Both the position numbers and the translations under genes were made by a program. This document shows, in pieces, positions 1-10,129 of a DNA stretch of 44,962 nt. How positions within the stretch are numbered: the first letter of the stretch is position 1; each line of letters starts with the position of its first letter. Location of the stretch: contig CAWUWP010000018.1 of the NCBI GenBank assembly GCA_963926275.1, positions 1 to 44,962 on the forward strand, read 5' to 3'. The notes beneath the pieces were generated by a model. That model was given only the letters and a program-made list of their open reading frames with translations. It did no database searches and was not told the origin of the DNA. The stretch comes from an uncultured Gammaproteobacteria bacterium. GTDB lineage: Bacteria; Pseudomonadota; Gammaproteobacteria; UBA4575.

Positions 1-699
1 GCTGTGCATTCAATGAAAGACGTTCCTTTTGCGTTACCCGCCTTGCTAGAAATTCACGCTCTACTAGAACGCGAAGATCCTCGTGATGCTTTCGTCTCTA
101 ACCAATATAAAACACTCAATGACCTACCACTTAACGCAATCGTCGGCACTTCCAGCACTCGACGTGAATGCCAGGTACGCGCATTACGCAGCGACCTAGA
201 TATTCAACCACTGCGCGGTAATGTCAACACTCGTTTAAAAAAATTAGATGATGGCCAATATGATGCCATTATCCTAGCTAGCGCCGGACTTAAGCGCTTA
301 GGATTTGAAGATAGGATTGCTGCATTTCTAGAAACTGACATAAGTCTTCCCGCCATTGGTCAAGGTGCGATTGGCATTGAATGTAGAGACAATGACATCG
401 TCACTAGAGAGATTCTGGCACCTTTACACCATGAAGCAACGTCATTATCTGTGATTGCCGAACGTGGCGTGAGTACTGCATTATCCGCTAACTGTCATTT
501 GCCAATTGCCGCACATGCGACTCAGTCTGCAGACACATTAACGCTCAAAGCTTTAGTGGGATTACCCGATGGCAGCAAAATTATTCGAGCGTCAGCGACA
601 GGTCGACATGACGAGATCACTCAAATTATCCAGCAAGTAGTCAACGAGCTCACGGAGCAAGGCGCTAATGAACTCGTAGATTCATTGCGAGAAGAGTAG
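1..699 (+). CDS. hemC: Porphobilinogen deaminase (hydroxymethylbilane synthase), 5' end outside the window
   Basis: The frame is open from the window edge. Translation carries HemC signatures (HSMKDVP, GTSSTRRECQ, RGNVNTRLKKLD, AGLKRLG). It is followed by hemD-hemX-hemY in the canonical order. Confidence 0.93.
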   Translation, partial: AVHSMKDVPFALPALLEIHALLEREDPRDAFVSNQYKTLNDLPLNAIVGTSSTRRECQVRALRSDLDIQPLRGNVNTRLKKLDDGQYDAIILASAGLKRLGFEDRIAAFLETDISLPAIGQGAIGIECRDNDIVTREILAPLHHEATSLSVIAERGVSTALSANCHLPIAAHATQSADTLTLKALVGLPDGSKIIRASATGRHDEITQIIQQVVNELTEQGANELVDSLREE

Positions 700-704
700 A
701 TCCA

Positions 705-1478
705 GTGAAACAGAAGCTGCCTTTGAGCAAGACTTCGATCGTAGTGACTCGACCTAGCCAACAAAATAAGCCCCTGTGTAAACAACTAACATCGCTGGGA
801 GCAAATCCTATTGCTTTTCCCTGTATTGAAATCAAACCCCTCTCAGATTTTGATAAATCAGCATTAGAGACAACTCTGTTGCCAAACTGCCATCTTATTC
901 TCTTTATTAGCACCAATGCTGTCCAATATGGCTTGAAAGCATTACCTGACCTAACAAAGAAAATCCCTTCATTATGCAAATTTGCCGCCGTTGGGGCTTC
1001 AACTGCTCAAGCATTAGCCAACAATGGCATACACCCAGTCCTGACCCCCTCAAACAATTTTGATAGCGAAGAATTACTAAAATTGCCTGAATTGCAAAAC
1101 GTTAATCAACAATCAGTACTTATTATCAAGGGTCAAGGTGGACGTACTCTATTACATGAAACTCTAGAAAATAGAGGTGCTAATATTCATTCGATTGATG
1201 TTTATCAAAGAACGCTGCCTAAATTTGTCAATTTGGATGCACTCAAGGTTAAAATTGATCTACTATTGTTTACCAGCAGTGAAACAGTGAATAATTTTCT
1301 GACCTTAACCCCAAAATCACTGCAAAGCACTCTACTAGACTGTCAAACGTTGGTAGGGCACGCCCGAATTGCAGATAAAGTTACCTCTCTTGGCTTCAAA
1401 AAATTGCCTATAATAGCCGCGACCCCGTCAGACACGGACATGCTGGCTGCAATTAATCAATGGGGGAATAGCGAGTAG
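705..1478 (+). CDS. hemD: Uroporphyrinogen-III synthase
   Basis: 257 aa with a GTG start 6 nt after the hemC stop. The N-terminus IVVTRP...L...G..P.AFP.IEI.P is typical of HemD. It sits between hemC and hemX. Confidence 0.85.
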   Translation: MKQKLPLSKTSIVVTRPSQQNKPLCKQLTSLGANPIAFPCIEIKPLSDFDKSALETTLLPNCHLILFISTNAVQYGLKALPDLTKKIPSLCKFAAVGASTAQALANNGIHPVLTPSNNFDSEELLKLPELQNVNQQSVLIIKGQGGRTLLHETLENRGANIHSIDVYQRTLPKFVNLDALKVKIDLLLFTSSETVNNFLTLTPKSLQSTLLDCQTLVGHARIADKVTSLGFKKLPIIAATPSDTDMLAAINQWGNSE

Positions 1479-1480
1479 AT

Positions 1481-2656
1481 ATGAACGGAGAAAAACAGAT
1501 GAGTACTAAGGGTGAAACTGAACCCAAGACACCAAACCCGCCGGTTAGACCTGCGGCAAATACTAATAAACAAAAGTCTGGAGGAGCACTGCTAGGCTTT
1601 ATTGTATTTTTAACTTTTTTGTTAGCTGTCGCTGGTATTGGCGCTGGTTACTACCTGTGGCAACAAACACAAGAACAATTACAAACAGCTCAAACAGAAC
1701 GAGATGCGCTTGAACATGCACTAGATTCAGTCGATAAGAATCCACGCATTCAAAAATCTAATCGTAGTTTTAATAAAAAAATTGAAGACACAAATTCAAA
1801 TTTAACTAAGCTGACTAAAAACCTGAGCTCGATTAGTGGCGAACAGCAGCGTCTGACTTCAGTGATTGAAGATACTAACGATATCGTTAGTCGAGGCCAA
1901 AATGGCTGGATGCTTAAAGAAGTAGAGCATGTATTACGCATGTCTCAATATCGTCTATTACTTGATCGTGACTTTGATGGTGCGCTTGCCGGCCTAAAGG
2001 CTGCTGATCAACGTCTTAATGATATTAACGATGTGCGTCTCATTTTGATTCGCCAATCTATCGCTAAGCAAATACAAGCTTTAAATCAATTTCCACACCC
2101 TGACTATACGGGCATTCAGCTTCAGCTAGACAACACCATTGCTGAGCTTAAAAATGGTTTGCTAAAACAAGCCACTCAACAGGCTGCCGATAGCCAGGCA
2201 AGTAGCTCAGTTAAGATCCCTGCTAGTGAAGATACACGCTCAAGTGATAAAGCTTTTGATACAGAAAAGTATTTAGCACTTGGCAAGCAATTCATTCTAG
2301 ACACTATTGAGAGTACAAAAACTGCACTTAATGATTCAGTTAATATCACTCATGGCGAACAAAAAATTGCTTTATTCATAGAAGAACAAGAGAAGAAGCG
2401 TGCCTATGATTTTTTACGTAATAAATTATTAGGCGCAAAGTATTCTGTTAGTGCTCGAGATGACATTACTTTTCACCAGCAGCTAAATGCAGCACAAGCA
2501 TGGTTGGAAAGTAATGATCAATTCACCAACCAAAACTCTCTCACTAAAGAGATCGATCAATTAAATAAAAACAATTTAATGCCTGCGCTACCTGATGTCT
2601 CAGAACCATCACTATTGCTAGCCAAGCACATGAACAGCCTTAAGGAAGAGAAATGA
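1481..2656 (+). CDS. hemX: HemX-family membrane protein (often mis-annotated as uroporphyrinogen-III C-methyltransferase)
   Basis: 391 aa. It has a basic N-terminus, one TM helix (LLGFIVFLTFLLAVAGIGAGYYLW) and a long coiled-coil-like region. Its position between hemD and hemY fits HemX. Confidence 0.8.
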   Translation: MNGEKQMSTKGETEPKTPNPPVRPAANTNKQKSGGALLGFIVFLTFLLAVAGIGAGYYLWQQTQEQLQTAQTERDALEHALDSVDKNPRIQKSNRSFNKKIEDTNSNLTKLTKNLSSISGEQQRLTSVIEDTNDIVSRGQNGWMLKEVEHVLRMSQYRLLLDRDFDGALAGLKAADQRLNDINDVRLILIRQSIAKQIQALNQFPHPDYTGIQLQLDNTIAELKNGLLKQATQQAADSQASSSVKIPASEDTRSSDKAFDTEKYLALGKQFILDTIESTKTALNDSVNITHGEQKIALFIEEQEKKRAYDFLRNKLLGAKYSVSARDDITFHQQLNAAQAWLESNDQFTNQNSLTKEIDQLNKNNLMPALPDVSEPSLLLAKHMNSLKEEK

Positions 2657-3849
2657 TTAAGCGAATATTATTCATTTTACTGATTGGATTAATTATTGCC
2701 GGTGCCGGCATTCTGATTATGCGCGAAGCAGGATTTGCTGTATTTAGCTATGCTGATACAACCATTGAAATCCCGCTAATTAAATTTTACTTTGGTGTGA
2801 TTGCAGGCTTCATCGCCTTATATTTTTTGTTTCGTCTTATTGGCGGACTATATCGCATGCCTAGCCGCATACATTCCAAGCGTTTGCAAAAACGCAACTT
2901 CGAGATCATGAAGTCACTTGAATCATCTATGCTTAACTTTAGTCAATTCAACTGGACTGAAGCTATGCGCACAGCGACCAAGCACATCAAACAAAGCCCT
3001 ATGAGTAAGGCGCAACACCTATTTGCAGCGCACTGCGCTCATAATACTGGGCAAAATGATACGCGCAATGCCCATGTTACAAGCTTACGAAATTTAGAAG
3101 ATGGCAGGTCATTAGCAAACACCATTGAAGCAGAGTTTTGCTTGGAAGACGGTGACCCAGAAAAAGCCTTAATGCTCTTACGTGATGAAAGCGCCGATAA
3201 TATATGTAATTTAAACACGCTTTGCCATGCCTACATCAAAACAAATGATATTAAAGGCATTGAAAAATCATTGCCAAGCTTGCTCTCTCATGCTGATAGA
3301 TCACCACGAATTCTATACACGGTGAATAGAAGCTTAAAATGGATTGTTAATTATTATGATGCTCATTCTGCTGACACAGAATTAGCAGGATTATGGAAAA
3401 TTTACCATAAGCAATTGCGCGCTAACCCTTCATTATTACACGCCTATGTGCATATGCTCATCAAGCATGGATGCGATATTAAAGCAGAACAAATCATTAA
3501 AAATGAACTTGATGCCAAATGGGATGAAATCTTAATCCAAGAATACGGATTATTAAAAATTGATAATATCCCTCAGAGAACCAAACAAAGTGAAGATTGG
3601 TTACAGAAACACAAAGACAGTGCTGGCTTGTTATTAAGCTTAGGCCGCCTGAACAAAAATCAAAAGTTTTGGGGTAAAGCGAAAAGTTATCTTGAATCAA
3701 GCTTAAGTCGTAAACCATTAATTGGTACATACGCAGAATTGTCTGACCTCCATGAGCTACTCGACCAACCTGTTGATGCCCAACGTTGCGCTAAGAAAGG
3801 CCTACACATTGCAACAAGAGATGTCATAGAAGCAAAAAGAATTTTTTAA
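2653..3849 (+). CDS. hemY: HemY-family protein (two N-terminal TM helices plus a TPR-like C-terminal region)
   Basis: 398 aa. The start overlaps the hemX stop by 4 nt (ATGA). It has two N-terminal TM helices followed by a helical repeat region, and it is the last gene of the hemCDXY order. Confidence 0.8.
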   Translation: MIKRILFILLIGLIIAGAGILIMREAGFAVFSYADTTIEIPLIKFYFGVIAGFIALYFLFRLIGGLYRMPSRIHSKRLQKRNFEIMKSLESSMLNFSQFNWTEAMRTATKHIKQSPMSKAQHLFAAHCAHNTGQNDTRNAHVTSLRNLEDGRSLANTIEAEFCLEDGDPEKALMLLRDESADNICNLNTLCHAYIKTNDIKGIEKSLPSLLSHADRSPRILYTVNRSLKWIVNYYDAHSADTELAGLWKIYHKQLRANPSLLHAYVHMLIKHGCDIKAEQIIKNELDAKWDEILIQEYGLLKIDNIPQRTKQSEDWLQKHKDSAGLLLSLGRLNKNQKFWGKAKSYLESSLSRKPLIGTYAELSDLHELLDQPVDAQRCAKKGLHIATRDVIEAKRIF

Positions 3850-3852
3850 TCC

Positions 3853-4752
3853 ATGCCGGAAATTGATATACCACAACCAATAATTATAGGCTGTGGTTTT
3901 TTAGGTACCTATCTTGCAACCCTCTTGCTAGATTATCAACAGTCACCTGCCTGCATTGTCCAATCACATGCCAGTCATACCAAGCTAGCTAAGGACAACT
4001 TTCAGGCCATCGTGCACGACTTAGATCGTTCTGCTGAGCGAGCAGAATTTATTTTGAAAGATCGTCAAATTTATTACTTGGCACCGCCAAGTACTTCTGA
4101 TGAGCAAGACCACCGCATTGATAACTTTTTAGCGCTTTGCAAGACCCATCATCCCAGCAAAATTGTTTATATCAGCACATCGGGTGTGTACGGTGATTGC
4201 CAAGATAGTTGGGTCACTGAAGATCAACCATTAGCACCAGTATCAACCAGAGCAAAGCGCCGAGTCTATGCCGAGAAAGCGCTAATTGAATATTGTACTC
4301 ACTCTAGTTGTGATTATATTATTTTGAGAGTGGGTGGAATTTATGGCCCTAATCGCTTACCCATTGAACGGCTAAAAGACCTTACCGTTATCTGTCCAGA
4401 AGAAGCACCTCATAGCAATCGCATACATGTCGCAGACCTTGCCTCAGTTTGTTATTCAGCCATGAATACTAATATACAAAATGAAGTAATTAATGTTGCT
4501 GATGGTCATTCCACCTCAATGTCTGACTACTATTACAAAATTGCTGATTTCGCAGGACTGCCAAGACCAAAATGCGTACCTATGTCGCAAGCTGAAGAAA
4601 AATTATCGGCTGGAATGCTTTCCTTTATAAAAGAATCTAGGCGCTTGTCTATCGACAAAATGAATGAACTATTACAAGTCGAAATTCAGTTTCCTACGCT
4701 TGAATTAGGGCTTGAGGATTGCTTTAGAAATTCAAATTTAAAAAATTTGTAA
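3853..4752 (+). CDS. NAD(P)-dependent epimerase/dehydratase-type SDR family protein
   Basis: 299 aa. It has an N-terminal Rossmann motif (IIIGCGFLGTYLA) and the mid-protein motifs ISTSGVYGD and LRVGGIYGP, which are typical of extended SDRs. Confidence 0.7.
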   Translation: MPEIDIPQPIIIGCGFLGTYLATLLLDYQQSPACIVQSHASHTKLAKDNFQAIVHDLDRSAERAEFILKDRQIYYLAPPSTSDEQDHRIDNFLALCKTHHPSKIVYISTSGVYGDCQDSWVTEDQPLAPVSTRAKRRVYAEKALIEYCTHSSCDYIILRVGGIYGPNRLPIERLKDLTVICPEEAPHSNRIHVADLASVCYSAMNTNIQNEVINVADGHSTSMSDYYYKIADFAGLPRPKCVPMSQAEEKLSAGMLSFIKESRRLSIDKMNELLQVEIQFPTLELGLEDCFRNSNLKNL

Positions 4753-4770
4753 TATGGCCTAGGCATAGGT

Positions 4771-5286
4771 ATGTTACTGATTCTTCATTGCTTAATACCA
4801 TTAAATTTGAAAACAATCATTCTTAGTTTTACCAGCTTATTTCTACTTTGGTTACTGCTGTCTGGTTACTTCAAAACCAATATAATTGTTTTTGGTATCA
4901 TTTCATGTGCCTTCGTTACCTATCTATCAATCAAATTAAAGATCTATAGCTCTCATCATGAGCGAATTAAATTTAATTTACGCTTACCTCTTTATCTTCC
5001 TTGGCTACTTAAAGAAATAGCAAAGTCTAATCTGCATGTTGCACGATGTATTCTGGTCTCAAAAGACAGCATTAAACCCCAAATGGTGTACTCTAAACCC
5101 AGCCAAAAAACCAACACTGGGCTCGCGGTACATGCAAATAGCATCACACTCACGCCAGGCACCATCAGCGTAGATATCAACGATGATGAAATACTCGTAC
5201 ATGCATTAACGAATCATACGGCCCAAGGTATTATTGATGGTTACATTGATAAGCGAGTCAGCCAGCTTGAAGGAAGGATAAATTGA
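4771..5286 (+). CDS. mrpE: Mrp/Mnh cation:proton antiporter subunit E
   Basis: 171 aa with N-terminal TM helices (LLWLLLSG) and the conserved MrpE motif ITLTPGT. The start codon could be a few codons further downstream. Confidence 0.8.
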   Translation: MLLILHCLIPLNLKTIILSFTSLFLLWLLLSGYFKTNIIVFGIISCAFVTYLSIKLKIYSSHHERIKFNLRLPLYLPWLLKEIAKSNLHVARCILVSKDSIKPQMVYSKPSQKTNTGLAVHANSITLTPGTISVDINDDEILVHALTNHTAQGIIDGYIDKRVSQLEGRIN

Positions 5287-5558
5287 TCACTGCTGCTTTA
5301 ATTGCAATGATGGTTGTTATGGTAATTGCATTTCTACGTGCGTGGCTAGGTCCTTCTCTATATGACCGCATATTAGCGATTAATACGTTTGGTACCGCCA
5401 CTGTACTAGCTATCGCAATTCTTGGCTTTTATATGCAGCGACCTGCATTTATGGATATCGCATTATTGTATTCACTGATTAATTTTATTGGCACTGTGGC
5501 AATACTGAAGATATACCGCTTTGATGATTTAGCTCATAGTGATGAGGAGGAATCCTAA
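5283..5558 (+). CDS. mrpF: Mrp/Mnh antiporter subunit F
   Basis: 91 aa with a TTG start overlapping the mrpE stop (TTGA). It carries the MrpF motif LRAWLGPSLYDRILAINTFG and has 3 TM helices. Confidence 0.82.
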   Translation: MITAALIAMMVVMVIAFLRAWLGPSLYDRILAINTFGTATVLAIAILGFYMQRPAFMDIALLYSLINFIGTVAILKIYRFDDLAHSDEEES

Positions 5559-5881
5559 TGCCAACATTGATCCATGCATTAAGTACCTTGCTAGTATTAA
5601 CCGGCTGCGTATTTTGTTTAATTGGCGCATTTGGCATACTCAAAATGCCCAACTTTATTACTCGCGTGCATGCCGCCAGCTTAATTGATAGCTTCGGAGC
5701 AATATTAATTATTAGCGGGTTAATTTTATATGCTGGGCTAACGATGGCAGCAATTAAGCTAATATTAATTTTACTGTGCCTGCTAATAACTGGCCCGACA
5801 GCAATTCATGCCTTGGTAAATGCTGCCTTTCATAAAGATCGTCATTACATCACTGATGAGGATTCATCATCGAACACTTAG
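5558..5881 (+). CDS. mrpG: Mrp/Mnh antiporter subunit G
   Basis: 107 aa. The start shares 1 nt with the mrpF stop (TAATG). It carries the MrpG motif GAFGILKMPNFITRVHAAS. Confidence 0.82.
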   Translation: MPTLIHALSTLLVLTGCVFCLIGAFGILKMPNFITRVHAASLIDSFGAILIISGLILYAGLTMAAIKLILILLCLLITGPTAIHALVNAAFHKDRHYITDEDSSSNT

Positions 5882-5895
5882 TTTCTATCTTTCAG

Positions 5896-6411
5896 TTGAG
5901 CATGCTTGCAGTCACTGCAATTTCCATCATTGCTATGCGCACTATTCTGTCAGTGATCATGCTGGGTGGAATATATAGTTTGCTGTCCGCCACATTTTTT
6001 GTTTCCTTAGATGCCGTTGATGTGGCTTTCACTGAAGCCGCCGTAGGCGCAGGGATATCGACTGTATTATTTTTAAGCGCACTCTCTATTACAGGCAAAC
6101 ATCATGCGCTTACCCGTAAAAATCATATTATTCCTATTTTTGTCGTATTAGTGACTGGAGCTGGCTTGATTTACTCAACCAGTGACATGCCAGCATTTGG
6201 TGATCCTAAGGCAGCAATTCACACTCATGTAGCACCACGCTATATAGAACAGAGTGGCCAAGAAATTGGCATTCCAAACATAGTGACATCAGTCTTAGCA
6301 AGTTACCGAGGTTTTGACACATTGGGTGAAGTGACCGTAGTATTCACTGCATTAATTGCCGTCCTACTATTACTCGGACTTAGCCGGGGCTCACGCCAAG
6401 ACAAATCATGA
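5896..6411 (+). CDS. DUF4040/MnhB-domain protein, equivalent to the C-terminal domain of a full-length MrpA (split MrpA)
   Basis: 171 aa with a TTG start. It contains the motifs DAVDVAFTEAAVGAGISTVLFL and NIVTSVLASYRGFDTLGE, which are characteristic of the MrpA C-terminal/MnhB domain. Confidence 0.75.
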   Translation: MSMLAVTAISIIAMRTILSVIMLGGIYSLLSATFFVSLDAVDVAFTEAAVGAGISTVLFLSALSITGKHHALTRKNHIIPIFVVLVTGAGLIYSTSDMPAFGDPKAAIHTHVAPRYIEQSGQEIGIPNIVTSVLASYRGFDTLGEVTVVFTALIAVLLLLGLSRGSRQDKS

Positions 6412-6830
6412 GTGTTAGAAAAAATCCAATACTGCTTGAAACTAGTCACCTGCTAATTCCAGCAATCTTATTGTTTGCTTTATACGTTCAATTTCATGGG
6501 GATTATGGCCCAGGTGGAGGCTTCCAAGCTGGTGTTATTTTTGCTAGCGGCATCATATTGTATGTTCTATTGCATGGAACTAAACGCGCAGAAAAAGTGA
6601 TTTCACTTAACCTTGCCAAAATATTCGCCGCTGTAGGTTTGATTTTATATGCCGGTGTCGGTGCATTTGGTATGTTACTCGGTGGAAATTTTCTAGACTA
6701 CAACGTCCTTGCTCATGATCCTATTGATGGCCAACACTGGGGAATACTCCTCATTGAGCTTGGTGTCGGAATTACTGTTGCTTCGGTGCTTATTTGCATT
6801 TTTTACGCTTTCACAAAATTTAAAAAATAA
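6408..6830 (+). CDS. mrpB: Mrp/Mnh antiporter subunit B
   Basis: 140 aa. The start overlaps the upstream stop (ATGA). It carries the MrpB motif HGDYGPGGGFQAGVIFA. Confidence 0.82.
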   Translation: MSVRKNPILLETSHLLIPAILLFALYVQFHGDYGPGGGFQAGVIFASGIILYVLLHGTKRAEKVISLNLAKIFAAVGLILYAGVGAFGMLLGGNFLDYNVLAHDPIDGQHWGILLIELGVGITVASVLICIFYAFTKFKK

Positions 6831-7192
6831 TGGTCGAATTAATCTCAGATCAATATTATTACTGGGTGAGTATTTTACTCATGATGGCTGGTTTATATAT
6901 TGTCATTGACCATACAAATTTACTGAAAAAACTGGTTGGCTTGAATATTTTCCAAACCTCCGTGTTTATTTTGTTTATCTCTATGGGGAAAGTTGATGGC
7001 GGCACCGCACCAATTTTAGAAGAAGGTTATAGTGTATTTTCAAACCCCCTGCCTCATGTACTCATATTGACTGCGATAGTAGTCAGTGTCGCAACGACTG
7101 CTGTAGGTTTAGCATTAGTAGTCAATATTAATAAGCGCTTTCAATCAATTGATGAACAAGAAATTGAAAAAATAGAGCTTGAAGAAGAGTGA
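6830..7192 (+). CDS. mrpC: Mrp/Mnh antiporter subunit C (NuoK-like)
   Basis: 120 aa with 3 TM helices and the motif LVGLNIFQTSVFILFIS, typical of MrpC/NuoK. It has a TAATG junction with mrpB. Confidence 0.82.
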   Translation: MVELISDQYYYWVSILLMMAGLYIVIDHTNLLKKLVGLNIFQTSVFILFISMGKVDGGTAPILEEGYSVFSNPLPHVLILTAIVVSVATTAVGLALVVNINKRFQSIDEQEIEKIELEEE

Positions 7193-8664
7193 TCGCAACA
7201 CATTACCCAATACTACAGGTGGTTATTCCATTAATCGCCGCGCCGTTATGCAGCCTACTCCCTAAGTCTCGACTTCCTTGGCTATTTGCTACTTTAGTTA
7301 GCTGGATCGCCTTTGCTATTTCCATCTCTTTAATGCTTCAGGTCAAATCTACTGGAGCACTAAGCTATGAACTTGGTAGTTGGCCCGCTCCGTGGGGTAT
7401 TCAATATCATATCGATTTGATCGGTGCGTTTGTTTTAGTATTAATTAGCTCTATTGCTTCCATCACATTATTAGGGTCGCGCCAACTAGTCGAAAACGAA
7501 ATAGATTCCAGCAAGCACTCATTGTTTTACACTGCTTTTCTACTTTGCTTGACAGGCTTATTGGGCATTGTCGCGACGGGGGATGCATTTAATGTATTTG
7601 TATTTCTAGAAATCAGTTCCTTGTCATCCTATGCCATGATTGCCATGGGAGATAACCGCAAAGCCTTAACTGCATCCTATGAATATTTAATCATGGGCAC
7701 TATCGGCGCTACTTTCATTCTTATTGGTATCGGTTTGCTCTATATGCAAACAGGCACTTTAAATATGTTGGATTTAAAAGTGCGAATTCATGAGATAGAT
7801 GGATTCCGCAGCGTGCATGCTGCATTTGCATTTTTCACTGTTGGCATTTGCTTGAAATTAGCGTTGTTCCCTTTACATCACTGGCTGCCCAATGCTTACG
7901 CACATGCTCCCTCAGTCGTCACAATCTTTTTAGCTGCAACTGCCACTAAGGTTGCCTTGTATTTACTCTATCGTGTTTTCTACACGATATTTGGATTTGA
8001 ATTCTCATTCAATCTACTGCATTTAGGTTACATCCTGTTACCTTTATCTATCATTGCGATAGTAATGAGTTCCTTCACGGCTATTTTCCAGCCTGGTGTC
8101 AAACGTCTATTAGCTTATTCAAGTCTAGGTCAAATCGGCTATATAACCTTAGGCATTGCCTTAGAAACTAAAGCTGGCTTAATTGCCAGCATTATCCATT
8201 TATTTAATCATGCTTTCATTAAAGGCGCCTTGTTTATGTGTATGGCGTGTTTGCTTTCACGTATCCACTCAACTCGCCTTGTTAACTTAGCCGGTGCTGG
8301 CCGAGTCATGCCTTGGACATGTGCCGCGTTTGTTATTGGGGGCCTGGCATTAATAGGCGTACCACTAACATCCGGCTTTGTCAGCAAATGGTATTTAGTG
8401 TTGGCTATCCTAGAGAAGGATTACTGGTGGTTAGCAATCATTGTTTTATTCACTTCACTACTTTCGGTTATTTATATCTGGCGTGTGATTGAACAAATGT
8501 ATTTCCGCGAACCCAATGAAGGTTGTGTCGGGATTAAAGAAGCCCCTCCACTATTACTTGCTTGTACCTGGGCGATGGTACTGACAACGCTATACTTTGG
8601 TATCGATAGCAGTTACCCAGTAGAGATGGCGACTGCAGCGGCACAGGCATTACTCAATGAGTGA
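7189..8664 (+). CDS. mrpD: Mrp subunit D-type proton-conducting membrane subunit (NuoM/N-like), copy 1
   Basis: 491 aa, polytopic, with a GTG start overlapping the mrpC stop (GTGA). It has the Proton_antipo_M-type core (FLEISSLSSY, HHWLPNAYAHAP, LAYSSLGQIGY, HAFIKGALFM). Confidence 0.85.
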   Translation: MIATHYPILQVVIPLIAAPLCSLLPKSRLPWLFATLVSWIAFAISISLMLQVKSTGALSYELGSWPAPWGIQYHIDLIGAFVLVLISSIASITLLGSRQLVENEIDSSKHSLFYTAFLLCLTGLLGIVATGDAFNVFVFLEISSLSSYAMIAMGDNRKALTASYEYLIMGTIGATFILIGIGLLYMQTGTLNMLDLKVRIHEIDGFRSVHAAFAFFTVGICLKLALFPLHHWLPNAYAHAPSVVTIFLAATATKVALYLLYRVFYTIFGFEFSFNLLHLGYILLPLSIIAIVMSSFTAIFQPGVKRLLAYSSLGQIGYITLGIALETKAGLIASIIHLFNHAFIKGALFMCMACLLSRIHSTRLVNLAGAGRVMPWTCAAFVIGGLALIGVPLTSGFVSKWYLVLAILEKDYWWLAIIVLFTSLLSVIYIWRVIEQMYFREPNEGCVGIKEAPPLLLACTWAMVLTTLYFGIDSSYPVEMATAAAQALLNE

Positions 8665-10129
8665 AATAAGCCAAAGCTTGCAGATAAGTATCTTCGCTAG
8701 CTTGTTAGTGCCGGTAGTTGGTGCATTATTAATCTTTGCTTGCGCGAGATTTCGTGGACTGATAGAACTGATATTTGTTGGTACGGCATTATGTTTGCTG
8801 GGCGTGACCATTTCAATCGTGAATATGGGTGCTGACGTTTTTCATCAAAGCATTACGCTACTCACGCTGATAGATTCAATCCCCATCGCATTTCATGTTG
8901 AACCTTTAGGTGTTCTGTATGCATGCGTTGCATCGGGATTATGGTTAGTCACGACCATTTACGCCATTGGCTATATGAATGCCAACAAGGAAAAACATTT
9001 AGCACGTTTTTACATGTGTTTCTGTCTAGCCATGGCTGCAGTGATGGGAATAGCCTATTCAGCAAACCTGCTCACCTTATTTATTTTCTATGAGTTGTTG
9101 ACTCTAAGCACCTATCCGCTGGTTGCTCATAAAGGCACTGATGTGGCTAAAGCCGGCGCACGTGTTTATCTAGGTATATTAATGGGCACTTCGATTGGCT
9201 TTTTATTGATTGCCATTCTTTGGACTTGGAGTATTACCGGCACACTCGACTTTAGTGTTGGCGGTATCCTTGAAAATGAACTGCCCGATGGTTTGTTAAT
9301 GTTACTTTTTGCCTTGTATGTATTTGGCATAGGTAAGGCCGCTTTAATGCCTTTCCATCGCTGGTTACCGGCAGCCATGGTAGCGCCAACGCCTGTGAGC
9401 GCACTGTTGCATGCAGTTGCTGTAGTCAAAGCCGGTGTATTTTGTGTGTTAAAGATCACCGTCTATGTGTTTGGTATTGATGTACTCACTAGCACGAGCG
9501 CTAACTCACCAATCATTTGGATAGCGACTGCCACTATGTTGTTAGCCTCGTTGGTTGCGTTACAGCAAGACAACTTGAAAGCGCGACTCGCCTACTCAAC
9601 TATCAGCCAATTGGCCTACATTGTTTTAGGTGCAGTACTTGCCACCACGACTAGTATTATGGGTTCTTCATTGCATCTGGCAACTCACGCGGTTGGAAAA
9701 ATTACTTTATTCTTTTGTGCTGGCGCAATATACACAGCCACCAAGAAAACACTTGTCAGTGACATGCACGGTTTAGGACGTATCATGCCTTTTACATTTG
9801 CTGCTTACACTATCGCTGCTATTAGTATTATAGGACTACCTCCACTAGCAGGCAGTTGGAGTAAATGGTTTTTAATTGATGGCGCGATTAGCGCAGATAG
9901 ACTTATTATTGCCGTTGCCTTATTAGTCAGCACGCTACTCAATATTATTTATTTAATGCCGATTGCGATAAATGGCTTCATGTTAAAACCGGCTGGTGGC
10001 TACCATGGCATTAAAGAAGCTCCATTTTCAGTGGTCATGCCTTTATGTGTGACGGCTGGATTGTGTTTTGTATTATTCTTCCTATTACCCTATGTCTATG
10101 ACTTTTTACTTTTACTCAACTTAAGATGA
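8657..10129 (+). CDS. mrpD: Mrp subunit D-type proton-conducting membrane subunit (NuoM/N-like), copy 2
   Basis: 490 aa with an 8-nt overlap onto copy 1. It has the same core family motifs (FYELLTLSTYPLV, FHRWLPAAMVAPTPVSALLHA, LAYSTISQLAY, HAVGKITLFFCAG). Confidence 0.85.
   Translation: MSEISQSLQISIFASLLVPVVGALLIFACARFRGLIELIFVGTALCLLGVTISIVNMGADVFHQSITLLTLIDSIPIAFHVEPLGVLYACVASGLWLVTTIYAIGYMNANKEKHLARFYMCFCLAMAAVMGIAYSANLLTLFIFYELLTLSTYPLVAHKGTDVAKAGARVYLGILMGTSIGFLLIAILWTWSITGTLDFSVGGILENELPDGLLMLLFALYVFGIGKAALMPFHRWLPAAMVAPTPVSALLHAVAVVKAGVFCVLKITVYVFGIDVLTSTSANSPIIWIATATMLLASLVALQQDNLKARLAYSTISQLAYIVLGAVLATTTSIMGSSLHLATHAVGKITLFFCAGAIYTATKKTLVSDMHGLGRIMPFTFAAYTIAAISIIGLPPLAGSWSKWFLIDGAISADRLIIAVALLVSTLLNIIYLMPIAINGFMLKPAGGYHGIKEAPFSVVMPLCVTAGLCFVLFFLLPYVYDFLLLLNLR

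Noticed and set aside
6709-6909. A 66-aa plus-strand ORF spans the mrpB/mrpC junction in another frame.
   Set aside because: It overlaps two well-supported, translationally coupled Mrp subunits in the same orientation and has no independent signals. It is an out-of-frame artefact.
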